Under the pieces are notes generated by a model. That model saw nothing but the letters and a program-made list of their open reading frames with translations. It did no database searches and was not told the origin of the DNA. The position numbers and the translations under genes were made by a program. Shown here piece by piece: positions 49,357-57,423 of a stretch of DNA of 64,000 bases; position 1 is the first letter of the stretch, and each line of letters begins with the position of its first letter. Source of the stretch: a virus; IMG/VR virus record IMGVR_UViG_3300032240_001151, positions 26,113 to 90,112 of that record; one strand, written 5' to 3'.

Positions 49357-52300
49357 ATGAGTTGTTCTTCTACATATTGCAATATAACAATCACCATATC
49401 TACTGGATTATCATACGTTACTGGTGATTATTTACTATTATATTGTGACAATTGCAACTCTATAAATGGTCAAGTTGTATCCTATGATTCTATTACTGGA
49501 CAATTAATATTACAACCAATATCATTCGAAGGTACTGGTTCATGTTGTAATTGGACAGTTAGTTTATCGGGAGCCCCAGGAAGCGTAGGCAGTTCTGGAT
49601 CTTCTGGTTCATCCGGATCTAGCGGTTCATCAGGTACTTCTGGTTCGTCTGGAACTAGTGGTAGTTCTGGTAGTACAGGAACGTCTGGTACTTCAGGCTC
49701 TACTGGCAGTTCAGGTTCTAGTGGATCTTCTGGAAGCACAGGAACATCAGGATCTACCGGTACAAGCGGTTCCACAGGTACTTCAGGAACTAGCGGAAGT
49801 ACAGGAACTTCTGGCTCATCAGGTACTTCAGGTTCTACAGGAACATCTGGTAGTAGCGGATCTAGTGGTAGTTCTGGAACATCTGGAAGTGCCGGCATAT
49901 CAGGAGACAGATACTTAACTTCTTCTACAAGTTCTATAGCTTTAGGAGTAGGAGGTACTATTACAGTAGAACAAAATTTAGCATATTCTGTTGCACAGAC
50001 AGCGTTAATAGCTTATGATACCACCCACTATCAAGAGGTGCCAGTAGTTTCATATAATCCATCTACAGGTGTTTTAGTCTATGGAACTCCTAGTTTAACA
50101 GTAGGAACAGGTACCTACTCATCTTGGAGAGTAAATTTAGCAGGTGCCAGTGGAGGAGATGGAACCTCAGGAAGTTCTGGATCTTCAGGTTCTAGCGGAT
50201 CTTCTGGTAGTAGTGGTTCAACAGGTACGTCTGGTAGTTCAGGATCTACGGGATCTAGTGGCTCAACCGGAACTTCTGGTTCGACTGGTTCATCAGGAAC
50301 CTCAGGCAGTACTGGATCATCCGGTACATCAGGAACTAGTGGGTCATCAGGTAGTAGTGGTAGTTCTGGCTCCACAGGTTCAAGCGGAAGCACAGGATCA
50401 TCTGGCAGCTCTGGATCAACAGGAACTTCGGGAACTAGCGGCAGTACAGGAACCTCAGGTACATCAGGAACTAGTGGAAATGGTTCATCAGGAACATCAG
50501 GTTCTACAGGAACATCAGGTTCTACAGGAACATCAGGTAGCTCTGGCAGCTCTGGATCAACAGGAACAAGCGGATCCACTGGTACTAGTGGTTCAACCGG
50601 TTCATCTGGTTCTAGCGGATCTTCTGGATCCTCTGGTACATCAGGTTCTTCCGGAACATCTGGAAGTTCTGGATCTACAGGAACGTCAGGAACCTCAGGT
50701 TCTACAGGAACGTCAGGTTCTACTGGATCTAGTGGTACTTCTGGTGTAAATGGATCTTTTGGAACTAGTGGAACTTCTGGATCAACTGGAACTTCAGGCA
50801 GTAGTGGAACAACAGGATCATCTGGATCATCAGGTTCTACTGGTACTTCTGGTTCTACTGGATCTAGTGGTACTGGAGGTAGTTCAGGGACTAGTGGATC
50901 GTCTGGATCAACCGGTAGTTCAGGTAGTACAGGAACTTCAGGTAGTACGGGGTCGTCTGGGTCTAGTGGATCTTCTGGTACTTCTGGTATAAATGGATCA
51001 AGTGGAACTAGCGGCTCGTCTGGTTCATCTGGAAGTTCCGGTACAAGTGGATCCTCTGGTTCTACTGGTAGTAGCGGATCTACAGGCACATCAGGAACAT
51101 CAGGTTCTACTGGTACTAGCGGTTCAACAGGAACATCAGGTTCTAGTGGAACAGGATTTAATACTATCAATAGCCCAGCTATTGGCAGAATATTATTAGC
51201 AGATAACTCTACTAATGCAGCAACTGCCTCAATTAGTATGAGCTTTAATAATGGAGTTTTATTAGTAACAGGAAGTATAACAGCTACTGGTAATATACAA
51301 GCTAACACTTTAATAGTACAAACTGTAAGTTCATCTGTAGTATACAGTAGTGGTTCAAATATATTTGGTAATGTTGTAACAAATACTCATCAATTTACAG
51401 GATCAGTATCGATAACAGGATCTTTAAGTATTGTAAATTTAAACATAAGCAGCAGCGCCAGTAAATTTGTAGTAGTAGATAATTTTGGTAAGCTATTCTA
51501 TACAACAAGTAGCGCAGCAGGATCTTCTGGTAGCGCAGGTTCATCAGGAACCTCAGGCAGTACTGGATCATCTGGTTCTACTGGATCAAGTGGATCAACA
51601 GGAACAAGTGGTTCATCAGGTTCTACAGGAACATCAGGAAGCACAGGTACGTCTGGTTCAACTGGATCTTCGGGCACGTCTGGTTCTGCTGGTTCTAGTG
51701 GAACTAGTGGAAATGGATCGTCAGGTACAAGTGGAACTACAGGAAGTTCTGGTAGTACAGGTACATCGGGCAGTTCAGGAACAACAGGTTCATCGGGGTC
51801 AACTGGTACATCAGGTTCTACAGGAACTAGCGGTACATCAGGCAGTACTGGATCATCTGGTTCTAGTGGATCAACAGGAACAAGTGGTTCATCTGGTGTT
51901 AGTCCCACTATATCAGGCACTGCTTACTATGTGCCAAGATATAATTCTACAGGCAATGCCTTAGAAAATACGACTGCCATGATATACAATAGTGGCAGTA
52001 ACGTAGGTATAGGAATTACTAGTCCGAATTATAATCTACATGTACACGGGTCAGGATCTACTCAATCTTATTTACAATTTACTACTACAAACACTGGTAC
52101 CGCAACTGCAAACGGATTTATAATAGGGGTAGATTCTACCAGTAAAGCTTATTTACTGAATAGACAGAATACAGATATGCAGTTTTATACTAATAATTCT
52201 GTACAGATGGTTATTCTTGCAGGAGGGAGTGTTGGTATAGGCACTACATCACCCGCAGAATTATTAACTGTTAATGGTAGTATATTTTTATCTGGAAGTG

Positions 52301-53052
52301 GTCGTAGTGTATGGTTAGGAAATAATGGTGATTCTCAACCTAGATTAAGACTGCATCACAATGGGACTGCGGCATACATAGATTATTCATCTAGTTTATA
52401 TATTAGAAATGGTACTCCTGATATAAAAGTAACTTTTGACCCTAATGGTAATGTTGGTATAGGTACTACATCACCAGGAACTACTTTAGATGTAGCAGGA
52501 ACATTATCATTTACCTCTGCTTCTTTAAGTGTTTCTTTTGCTAGAAGAAATGGTAACTATCATCAAATATTTGAACCAGCAGGTGGTATTGCAATTTATT
52601 TAGGTAATACTTCTGATCCTGGAAACTATTATGATAATACAAATCATAATTTTAGAAGTAGAGGAGGAGGTACTGTTTATGGATCAATAAACAGTTCCGG
52701 TACTTTAACAATGTTAGGAGATGTTATAGCTTATGGTTCTCCATCTGATATTCGTTTAAAAAATATTAAAGAGAAAGTACCTAACGCTTTATACTCTGTT
52801 CTTAAATTAAATGGATATAGATTTGATTGGAAAGAATCTGATTCAATCTTAAAAATAAAAGAAGACATAGGGGTCATAGCTCAAGAAATAGAAGACGTAG
52901 CTCCTGAACTAGTTAGAACTAATGAAGAATCAGGAATGAAAAGTGTAAGATACCAAGGTTTAACAGCTATACTAATTGAAGCAATAAAAGAACAACAACA
53001 ACAAATAAATAATTTACAAGAACAAATAAATAAAATAACAAATGGACATTAG
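49357..53052 (+). CDS. Tail fibre with Gly-Ser/Thr triplet repeats and C-terminal intramolecular chaperone (peptidase S74)
   Basis: Long (GSS/GTS/GST)n tracts; NVGIGTTSP repeats; SDIRLKNI, GVIAQEIE, V.YQGL...LIEAIKEQQ. Confidence 0.85.
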   Translation: MSCSSTYCNITITISTGLSYVTGDYLLLYCDNCNSINGQVVSYDSITGQLILQPISFEGTGSCCNWTVSLSGAPGSVGSSGSSGSSGSSGSSGTSGSSGTSGSSGSTGTSGTSGSTGSSGSSGSSGSTGTSGSTGTSGSTGTSGTSGSTGTSGSSGTSGSTGTSGSSGSSGSSGTSGSAGISGDRYLTSSTSSIALGVGGTITVEQNLAYSVAQTALIAYDTTHYQEVPVVSYNPSTGVLVYGTPSLTVGTGTYSSWRVNLAGASGGDGTSGSSGSSGSSGSSGSSGSTGTSGSSGSTGSSGSTGTSGSTGSSGTSGSTGSSGTSGTSGSSGSSGSSGSTGSSGSTGSSGSSGSTGTSGTSGSTGTSGTSGTSGNGSSGTSGSTGTSGSTGTSGSSGSSGSTGTSGSTGTSGSTGSSGSSGSSGSSGTSGSSGTSGSSGSTGTSGTSGSTGTSGSTGSSGTSGVNGSFGTSGTSGSTGTSGSSGTTGSSGSSGSTGTSGSTGSSGTGGSSGTSGSSGSTGSSGSTGTSGSTGSSGSSGSSGTSGINGSSGTSGSSGSSGSSGTSGSSGSTGSSGSTGTSGTSGSTGTSGSTGTSGSSGTGFNTINSPAIGRILLADNSTNAATASISMSFNNGVLLVTGSITATGNIQANTLIVQTVSSSVVYSSGSNIFGNVVTNTHQFTGSVSITGSLSIVNLNISSSASKFVVVDNFGKLFYTTSSAAGSSGSAGSSGTSGSTGSSGSTGSSGSTGTSGSSGSTGTSGSTGTSGSTGSSGTSGSAGSSGTSGNGSSGTSGTTGSSGSTGTSGSSGTTGSSGSTGTSGSTGTSGTSGSTGSSGSSGSTGTSGSSGVSPTISGTAYYVPRYNSTGNALENTTAMIYNSGSNVGIGITSPNYNLHVHGSGSTQSYLQFTTTNTGTATANGFIIGVDSTSKAYLLNRQNTDMQFYTNNSVQMVILAGGSVGIGTTSPAELLTVNGSIFLSGSGRSVWLGNNGDSQPRLRLHHNGTAAYIDYSSSLYIRNGTPDIKVTFDPNGNVGIGTTSPGTTLDVAGTLSFTSASLSVSFARRNGNYHQIFEPAGGIAIYLGNTSDPGNYYDNTNHNFRSRGGGTVYGSINSSGTLTMLGDVIAYGSPSDIRLKNIKEKVPNALYSVLKLNGYRFDWKESDSILKIKEDIGVIAQEIEDVAPELVRTNEESGMKSVRYQGLTAILIEAIKEQQQQINNLQEQINKITNGH
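49576..51898 (+). repeat. Three Gly-X-Y (X,Y = Ser/Thr) coding tracts (~49576-49905, 50146-51152, 51510-51898)
   Basis: 9-nt periodicity with Gly every third residue. Confidence 0.9.
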
Positions 53053-53410
53053 TGATATAAATTACGAATGGGGTTTCAATCCTTTACAGTCGTACCCCAC
53101 ATCTTCAGGTCAAAATGATGTAGTATTTATGGTACATTGGCAATTATATGGTACTACAGGATCTATAGAGGACGGTACATACTACTCTGGAGGAGTAATA
53201 GGAGTTCAACCTGTTGAATATAATAGTGGGTCTGATTTTATATCATTTAATGACCTTACCAAAGATATTGTATACGGGTGGGTTACTGCGTCCATGGGAC
53301 AAGAAAAAGTAGATAGCTACTATGAAAATATAAAAAATCAAATACAAGACAAAATAACTCCAAAAGCAATAACACAGCAAGCACCTTGGATAACAGGATC
53401 TATACAATAA
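53042..53410 (+). CDS. Tail fibre-associated small protein
   Basis: DVVFMVHW...FISFNDLTKDIVYGWV...APW, typical of genes following S74 fibres. Confidence 0.6.
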   Translation: MDISDINYEWGFNPLQSYPTSSGQNDVVFMVHWQLYGTTGSIEDGTYYSGGVIGVQPVEYNSGSDFISFNDLTKDIVYGWVTASMGQEKVDSYYENIKNQIQDKITPKAITQQAPWITGSIQ

Positions 53411-53422
53411 AAAATTAAATTT

Positions 53423-53599
53423 ATGAAGTACAGAGTAAATATGCAGTTTATACCTGGATTAGATCAGATATGGGTATCTAGACTAAACCCAAATGATCCT
53501 GAATATGTTTATGACATAGAACAGGAAGCAATAGATAAAGCAGCTGAATTAGAAGCTGCTGATTCTACAGGTAGAAAATATAGAGTAGAAACTATATAA
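53423..53599 (+). CDS. Small hypothetical protein (58 aa, absent from ORF track)
   Basis: MKYRVNMQFIPGLDQIWVSRLNPNDPEYVYDIEQEAIDKAAELEAADSTGRKYRVETI; fills the gap between neighbours. Confidence 0.7.
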   Translation: MKYRVNMQFIPGLDQIWVSRLNPNDPEYVYDIEQEAIDKAAELEAADSTGRKYRVETI

Positions 53600-53606
53600 A
53601 TAAAAA

Positions 53607-54572
53607 ATGGCATTACCATTAAGTGGAAAGTTGTCAATGAATGATATACGAGTAGAACTCGGAATATCTACACAATCTCCATTTTCTTTGGATACTGCTA
53701 CTAATGGTGGTTATGTTGCCTTGAATCCTTGTAGCCCGTATTTACCTATAGCAACAAATCCAGACGCTATTAGTGAATGGTATGGCTATTGTCATACATG
53801 CCCTTGTCCAACAGCTACTCCTACACCATTACCAGCAACAGCTACACCTACTCCTACTCGAACACCAACACCAGTACCAGCAACAGCTACACCAACACCT
53901 ACACCTCTACCAGCAACAGCTACTCCTACTCCTACTCGAACACCAACACCTACATCAACGCCTACTCCTGCGCCAGCAACAGCTACTCCTACACCTACGC
54001 CTACTATAGTTTGGTACTCTTATAATTTAAAGTACTCAGATACTAGTTATACAGCTGCTTGTAATTCATCATTAAGTCAGACTGTGTACAGTACTTGTTC
54101 TACTTTAACTACTGGTTGTATTATATACTTAGACACAAATTATACAAATGTTAATCATTTATATTATGCAGATCCTCTTGTAATTTCAGTTAGATATGGA
54201 TATACCGTAAATACAGATCCTAAATTATTATATACATATATAGGAGCCGTAAACGCATGTTCCGCAACTCCTACACCAACTCCAACTCCGGCCCCTACAC
54301 CAACTCCTACTCCAACAACTACAGGATTCTATTATATTGCTGATAGATATAATTGTACTGGTACTGGTAATACTTGCGCACTAGTATCAAGTAATATTTG
54401 TATTAAAAATACTGCAACAGTTAGCACGTTTAATAGGTACTATTTAGATAATACAGGGTATACTGGAGATATATTCTTTGTAAAATCAACTACATCATCG
54501 GGAGCTTGTTTAAACACATCGTTAGATTTAACAACTATAACAACAAGTTGTAATACTTTATGTGCATTATAG
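53607..54572 (+). CDS. Cys-rich Thr/Pro-linker fibre-associated/decoration protein
   Basis: MALPLSGKLSMNDIRVELG N-domain, PATATPTP tracts, two Cys-containing domains. Confidence 0.6.
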   Translation: MALPLSGKLSMNDIRVELGISTQSPFSLDTATNGGYVALNPCSPYLPIATNPDAISEWYGYCHTCPCPTATPTPLPATATPTPTRTPTPVPATATPTPTPLPATATPTPTRTPTPTSTPTPAPATATPTPTPTIVWYSYNLKYSDTSYTAACNSSLSQTVYSTCSTLTTGCIIYLDTNYTNVNHLYYADPLVISVRYGYTVNTDPKLLYTYIGAVNACSATPTPTPTPAPTPTPTPTTTGFYYIADRYNCTGTGNTCALVSSNICIKNTATVSTFNRYYLDNTGYTGDIFFVKSTTSSGACLNTSLDLTTITTSCNTLCAL

Positions 54573-54611
54573 TATGTAAAATTTAAATCTTTTTAAATTA
54601 AAAAAAATAAG

Positions 54612-54626
54612 TATATTTGCACATAA
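54612..54626 (+). promoter_or_regulatory. Bacteroidota-type -7 promoter element TATATTTG(CACATAA)
   Basis: TAnnTTTG; 14 of 15 nt identical to 12863-12877. Confidence 0.6.
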
Positions 54627-54637
54627 ATTAGGTTTTA

Positions 54638-56599
54638 ATGAAAAAAAGGTTATTATTTATAGCACCTCACCTTTCTACAGGTGGTATGCCTCAGTATCTT
54701 TATAAGCAAATTATAACGCTTTTAGAGGATTTTGATGTTTATTGTATTGAATGGGATAATGTAACAGGCGGAGTTCTTGTAGTGCAACGTAATCGTATTC
54801 TAGAGGCATTAGGAGACAGGCTTATTACATTAGGAGAAAACAAAGAAAATCTTTTATTACATATAAAAGTAATAAAACCAGACATTATTCATCTACAGGA
54901 AATCCCAGAGATGTTTATGGGCTATGGTTTAGCTGAAAAACTATATAACGATCCAGGTAGAACTTATAAAATAATAGAGACTTCTCATGATTCTAGCTAC
55001 GATGTAACCAAAAAGAGCCATTTCCCAGATAAGTTCATGATGGTAAGCCAGTATCAAATAGAGACTTATAAGAAACTAAATATACCGTGTGAGCTAGTAG
55101 AGTATCCTATAGAGTATAAAGTAAGGACTAAAACTAGAGAAGGGCTAATGTCTGAGTTAGGATTAGATCCTAGTAAGAAACATGTAATAACAGTAGGGTT
55201 ATTTACTCCTAGAAAAAATCAAGCTGAAGTAGTAGAATATGCTAAAATGCTTGAAAAATATCCAATACAATTTCATTTTATTGGCAATCAAGCAGACAAT
55301 TTTAAGCATTATTGGGAGCCTATTATGAAAGATTTTCCATCAAATTGCAAATGGTGGGGAGAAAGAAGCGATGTAGATACTTTTTACCAAATGGCTGATT
55401 TATTCTTGTTTACTTCTAGAGGGTTTATAACTGATAAAGAAACAATGCCTTTGGTTATTAGAGAAGCTATTAGTTGGAAAGTACCATCTTTAATATATAA
55501 TTTAGATGTTTATTTAAACTATTTTAATACCTTTGATAATATAGAATACCTAAATACAAAAGATAAAAAACAAAATAAAGAACTTATTTTAAAAAAAATA
55601 AACATGGATAACATAGAAAATTCTTATAATTTTTGGAGTAAATGGGATAAAGACCAACAACAAATGCATTTTGGGTGCTATGAAGATATTAATGAACCCT
55701 TATTAGTATCTATTAAAGAATATATGTCAAATGGAGTTCTATGGTCATCTGATTATACTCATATGCCAAAAGACATAGCATTTTGGATGATTCCTGTTAA
55801 TAAAAGTTTATTTGATTATGAAAAAGATCCAAAATATACGGGCACAAAATTATGTATATACAGAAAAAAAGATGGAAAGCAAGTATACGAACACCCTTAC
55901 TTTAGTAAATTTGTAGACATACCTAGAGTTACTCTAAGTAACAGTATTCCATATTATTACAATTATGTTGAGTTTTTTATTGCAAATAAGTATGGAAAGT
56001 ATTTTAATAAAAAATATAAAAATATAGTAGATGTTGGAGCTAACGTTGGAGCTTTTACTGAGTATCTGCTACAAAATGAATATACAGAAAAAATAATTGC
56101 TGTAGAATGTGATCAAAAAGCTTTAAATGATTTAAATAGAAATTTTAAAAGAGAATATAGGGTAGAAATAGAACCAAAGGCTTTATACCATGAAAATACA
56201 AAAATAAATTTCTATCATTCTGAAGAAAATCCAGTAATTAGCAGTACACTTTCTCCGGAAAAATTAGTTAATCATATGGCTGGAGTTAAAGGTAATGATA
56301 TTACAGAAGTAGATACTATAACTATAAAAGATCTTATAGATAAACTTGAGACTATTGATCTTTTAAAAATAGATATAGAAGGAGGAGAGTATAACATAAT
56401 TGAAAATTTAGACTCTTCTTTATTTCAATATATCAATAATTTTTTTATAGAGTGTCATTTTTTTGAAGAAGATTATAAAGTAAAGTATAATAGATTGTTA
56501 GATAAATTAAGAAAAAATGGGTACAAAGTAGAAGAGTTTTTAGAAAATCAATCAAATAATTCAGGAACTAGTGAGGTAGTATTTGCTTCAAAATTATAA
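54638..56599 (+). CDS. GT4-like glycosyltransferase fused to FkbM methyltransferase
   Basis: PHLSTGGMPQY, VGLFTPRKNQ, ADLFLFTS...ETMPLVIREA; C-terminal VDVGANVG, LLKIDIEGGEY. Confidence 0.85.
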   Translation: MKKRLLFIAPHLSTGGMPQYLYKQIITLLEDFDVYCIEWDNVTGGVLVVQRNRILEALGDRLITLGENKENLLLHIKVIKPDIIHLQEIPEMFMGYGLAEKLYNDPGRTYKIIETSHDSSYDVTKKSHFPDKFMMVSQYQIETYKKLNIPCELVEYPIEYKVRTKTREGLMSELGLDPSKKHVITVGLFTPRKNQAEVVEYAKMLEKYPIQFHFIGNQADNFKHYWEPIMKDFPSNCKWWGERSDVDTFYQMADLFLFTSRGFITDKETMPLVIREAISWKVPSLIYNLDVYLNYFNTFDNIEYLNTKDKKQNKELILKKINMDNIENSYNFWSKWDKDQQQMHFGCYEDINEPLLVSIKEYMSNGVLWSSDYTHMPKDIAFWMIPVNKSLFDYEKDPKYTGTKLCIYRKKDGKQVYEHPYFSKFVDIPRVTLSNSIPYYYNYVEFFIANKYGKYFNKKYKNIVDVGANVGAFTEYLLQNEYTEKIIAVECDQKALNDLNRNFKREYRVEIEPKALYHENTKINFYHSEENPVISSTLSPEKLVNHMAGVKGNDITEVDTITIKDLIDKLETIDLLKIDIEGGEYNIIENLDSSLFQYINNFFIECHFFEEDYKVKYNRLLDKLRKNGYKVEEFLENQSNNSGTSEVVFASKL

Positions 56600-56601
56600 G
56601 T

Positions 56602-57423
56602 ATGGTTTTATTTTTATACGGAAATAAAGATGTAGATCATCAAGCTATATCATGCATAAAATCTTTATCTAATAAAATAACAGATGATGTTAAGATAGTA
56701 TACTATACTATAGGTTTTGAAACTGATTTTTCTCTTAAAAATCTTACACCTATAAAAATAGATTATAAACCTCAATATCCAACTTTTCATTATTATAAAG
56801 CTGAGTTATCACTTTTAACAATGAGATTATTTCCTAATGAGTATTATATGTTTTCTGATACTGATATTTTATACTCTAGGAGGTTTTCTTTTGATAATAT
56901 GAAGAGTAATTTATCATACCCACTTGCTAGTTTTGGTCCTCATGAATATCCTTATTTATGGGAAAAAAGAGGAGATGCTACTATTATATATGATGAGTCA
57001 AAATTAATGGAGTATTTTAATGTTAAAGAAAGATCTCAAAGATATGTGTGGTCTTGCATTTATTCTTTTAGCGAAGAGTCTACCGATTTTTTTGAGGAGT
57101 ACACTTCTATGTGTAATAACAGATATTTGTTAAATAGAAGAAAAGATTATTATCCTATGCATGATGAAACATCTTTTAATGTATGTCTTTGGAAAAGAAA
57201 CGCAGATAAAAATTTAGGGTACTCTTTTTTAAATACACATCTTTTAGACTCAGTAAAAAAAGTAGAAGAAAACGATATAAAACAACAAAGATTAGGTACA
57301 AATTTAGATAGTCAAGGAAATGACTGGGAATATATTCATGATTCTAAAAGTATAATAGGATACCATGGATTTAAAGAAAAAAAAGATATAGAGGACACTT
57401 TAAAATATCTTCTTAGTTTTTAA
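56602..57423 (+). CDS. Putative GT-A glycosyltransferase
   Basis: FSDTDIL (DxD), HDETSFNV.LW, GYHG; inside the glycosyltransferase cluster. Confidence 0.5.
   Translation: MVLFLYGNKDVDHQAISCIKSLSNKITDDVKIVYYTIGFETDFSLKNLTPIKIDYKPQYPTFHYYKAELSLLTMRLFPNEYYMFSDTDILYSRRFSFDNMKSNLSYPLASFGPHEYPYLWEKRGDATIIYDESKLMEYFNVKERSQRYVWSCIYSFSEESTDFFEEYTSMCNNRYLLNRRKDYYPMHDETSFNVCLWKRNADKNLGYSFLNTHLLDSVKKVEENDIKQQRLGTNLDSQGNDWEYIHDSKSIIGYHGFKEKKDIEDTLKYLLSF

Noticed and set aside
49576-51898. Ice-nucleation protein
   Set aside because: Period is 3 with invariant Gly, not the AGYGSTxT 8/16-residue repeat; the S74 chaperone marks it as a fibre
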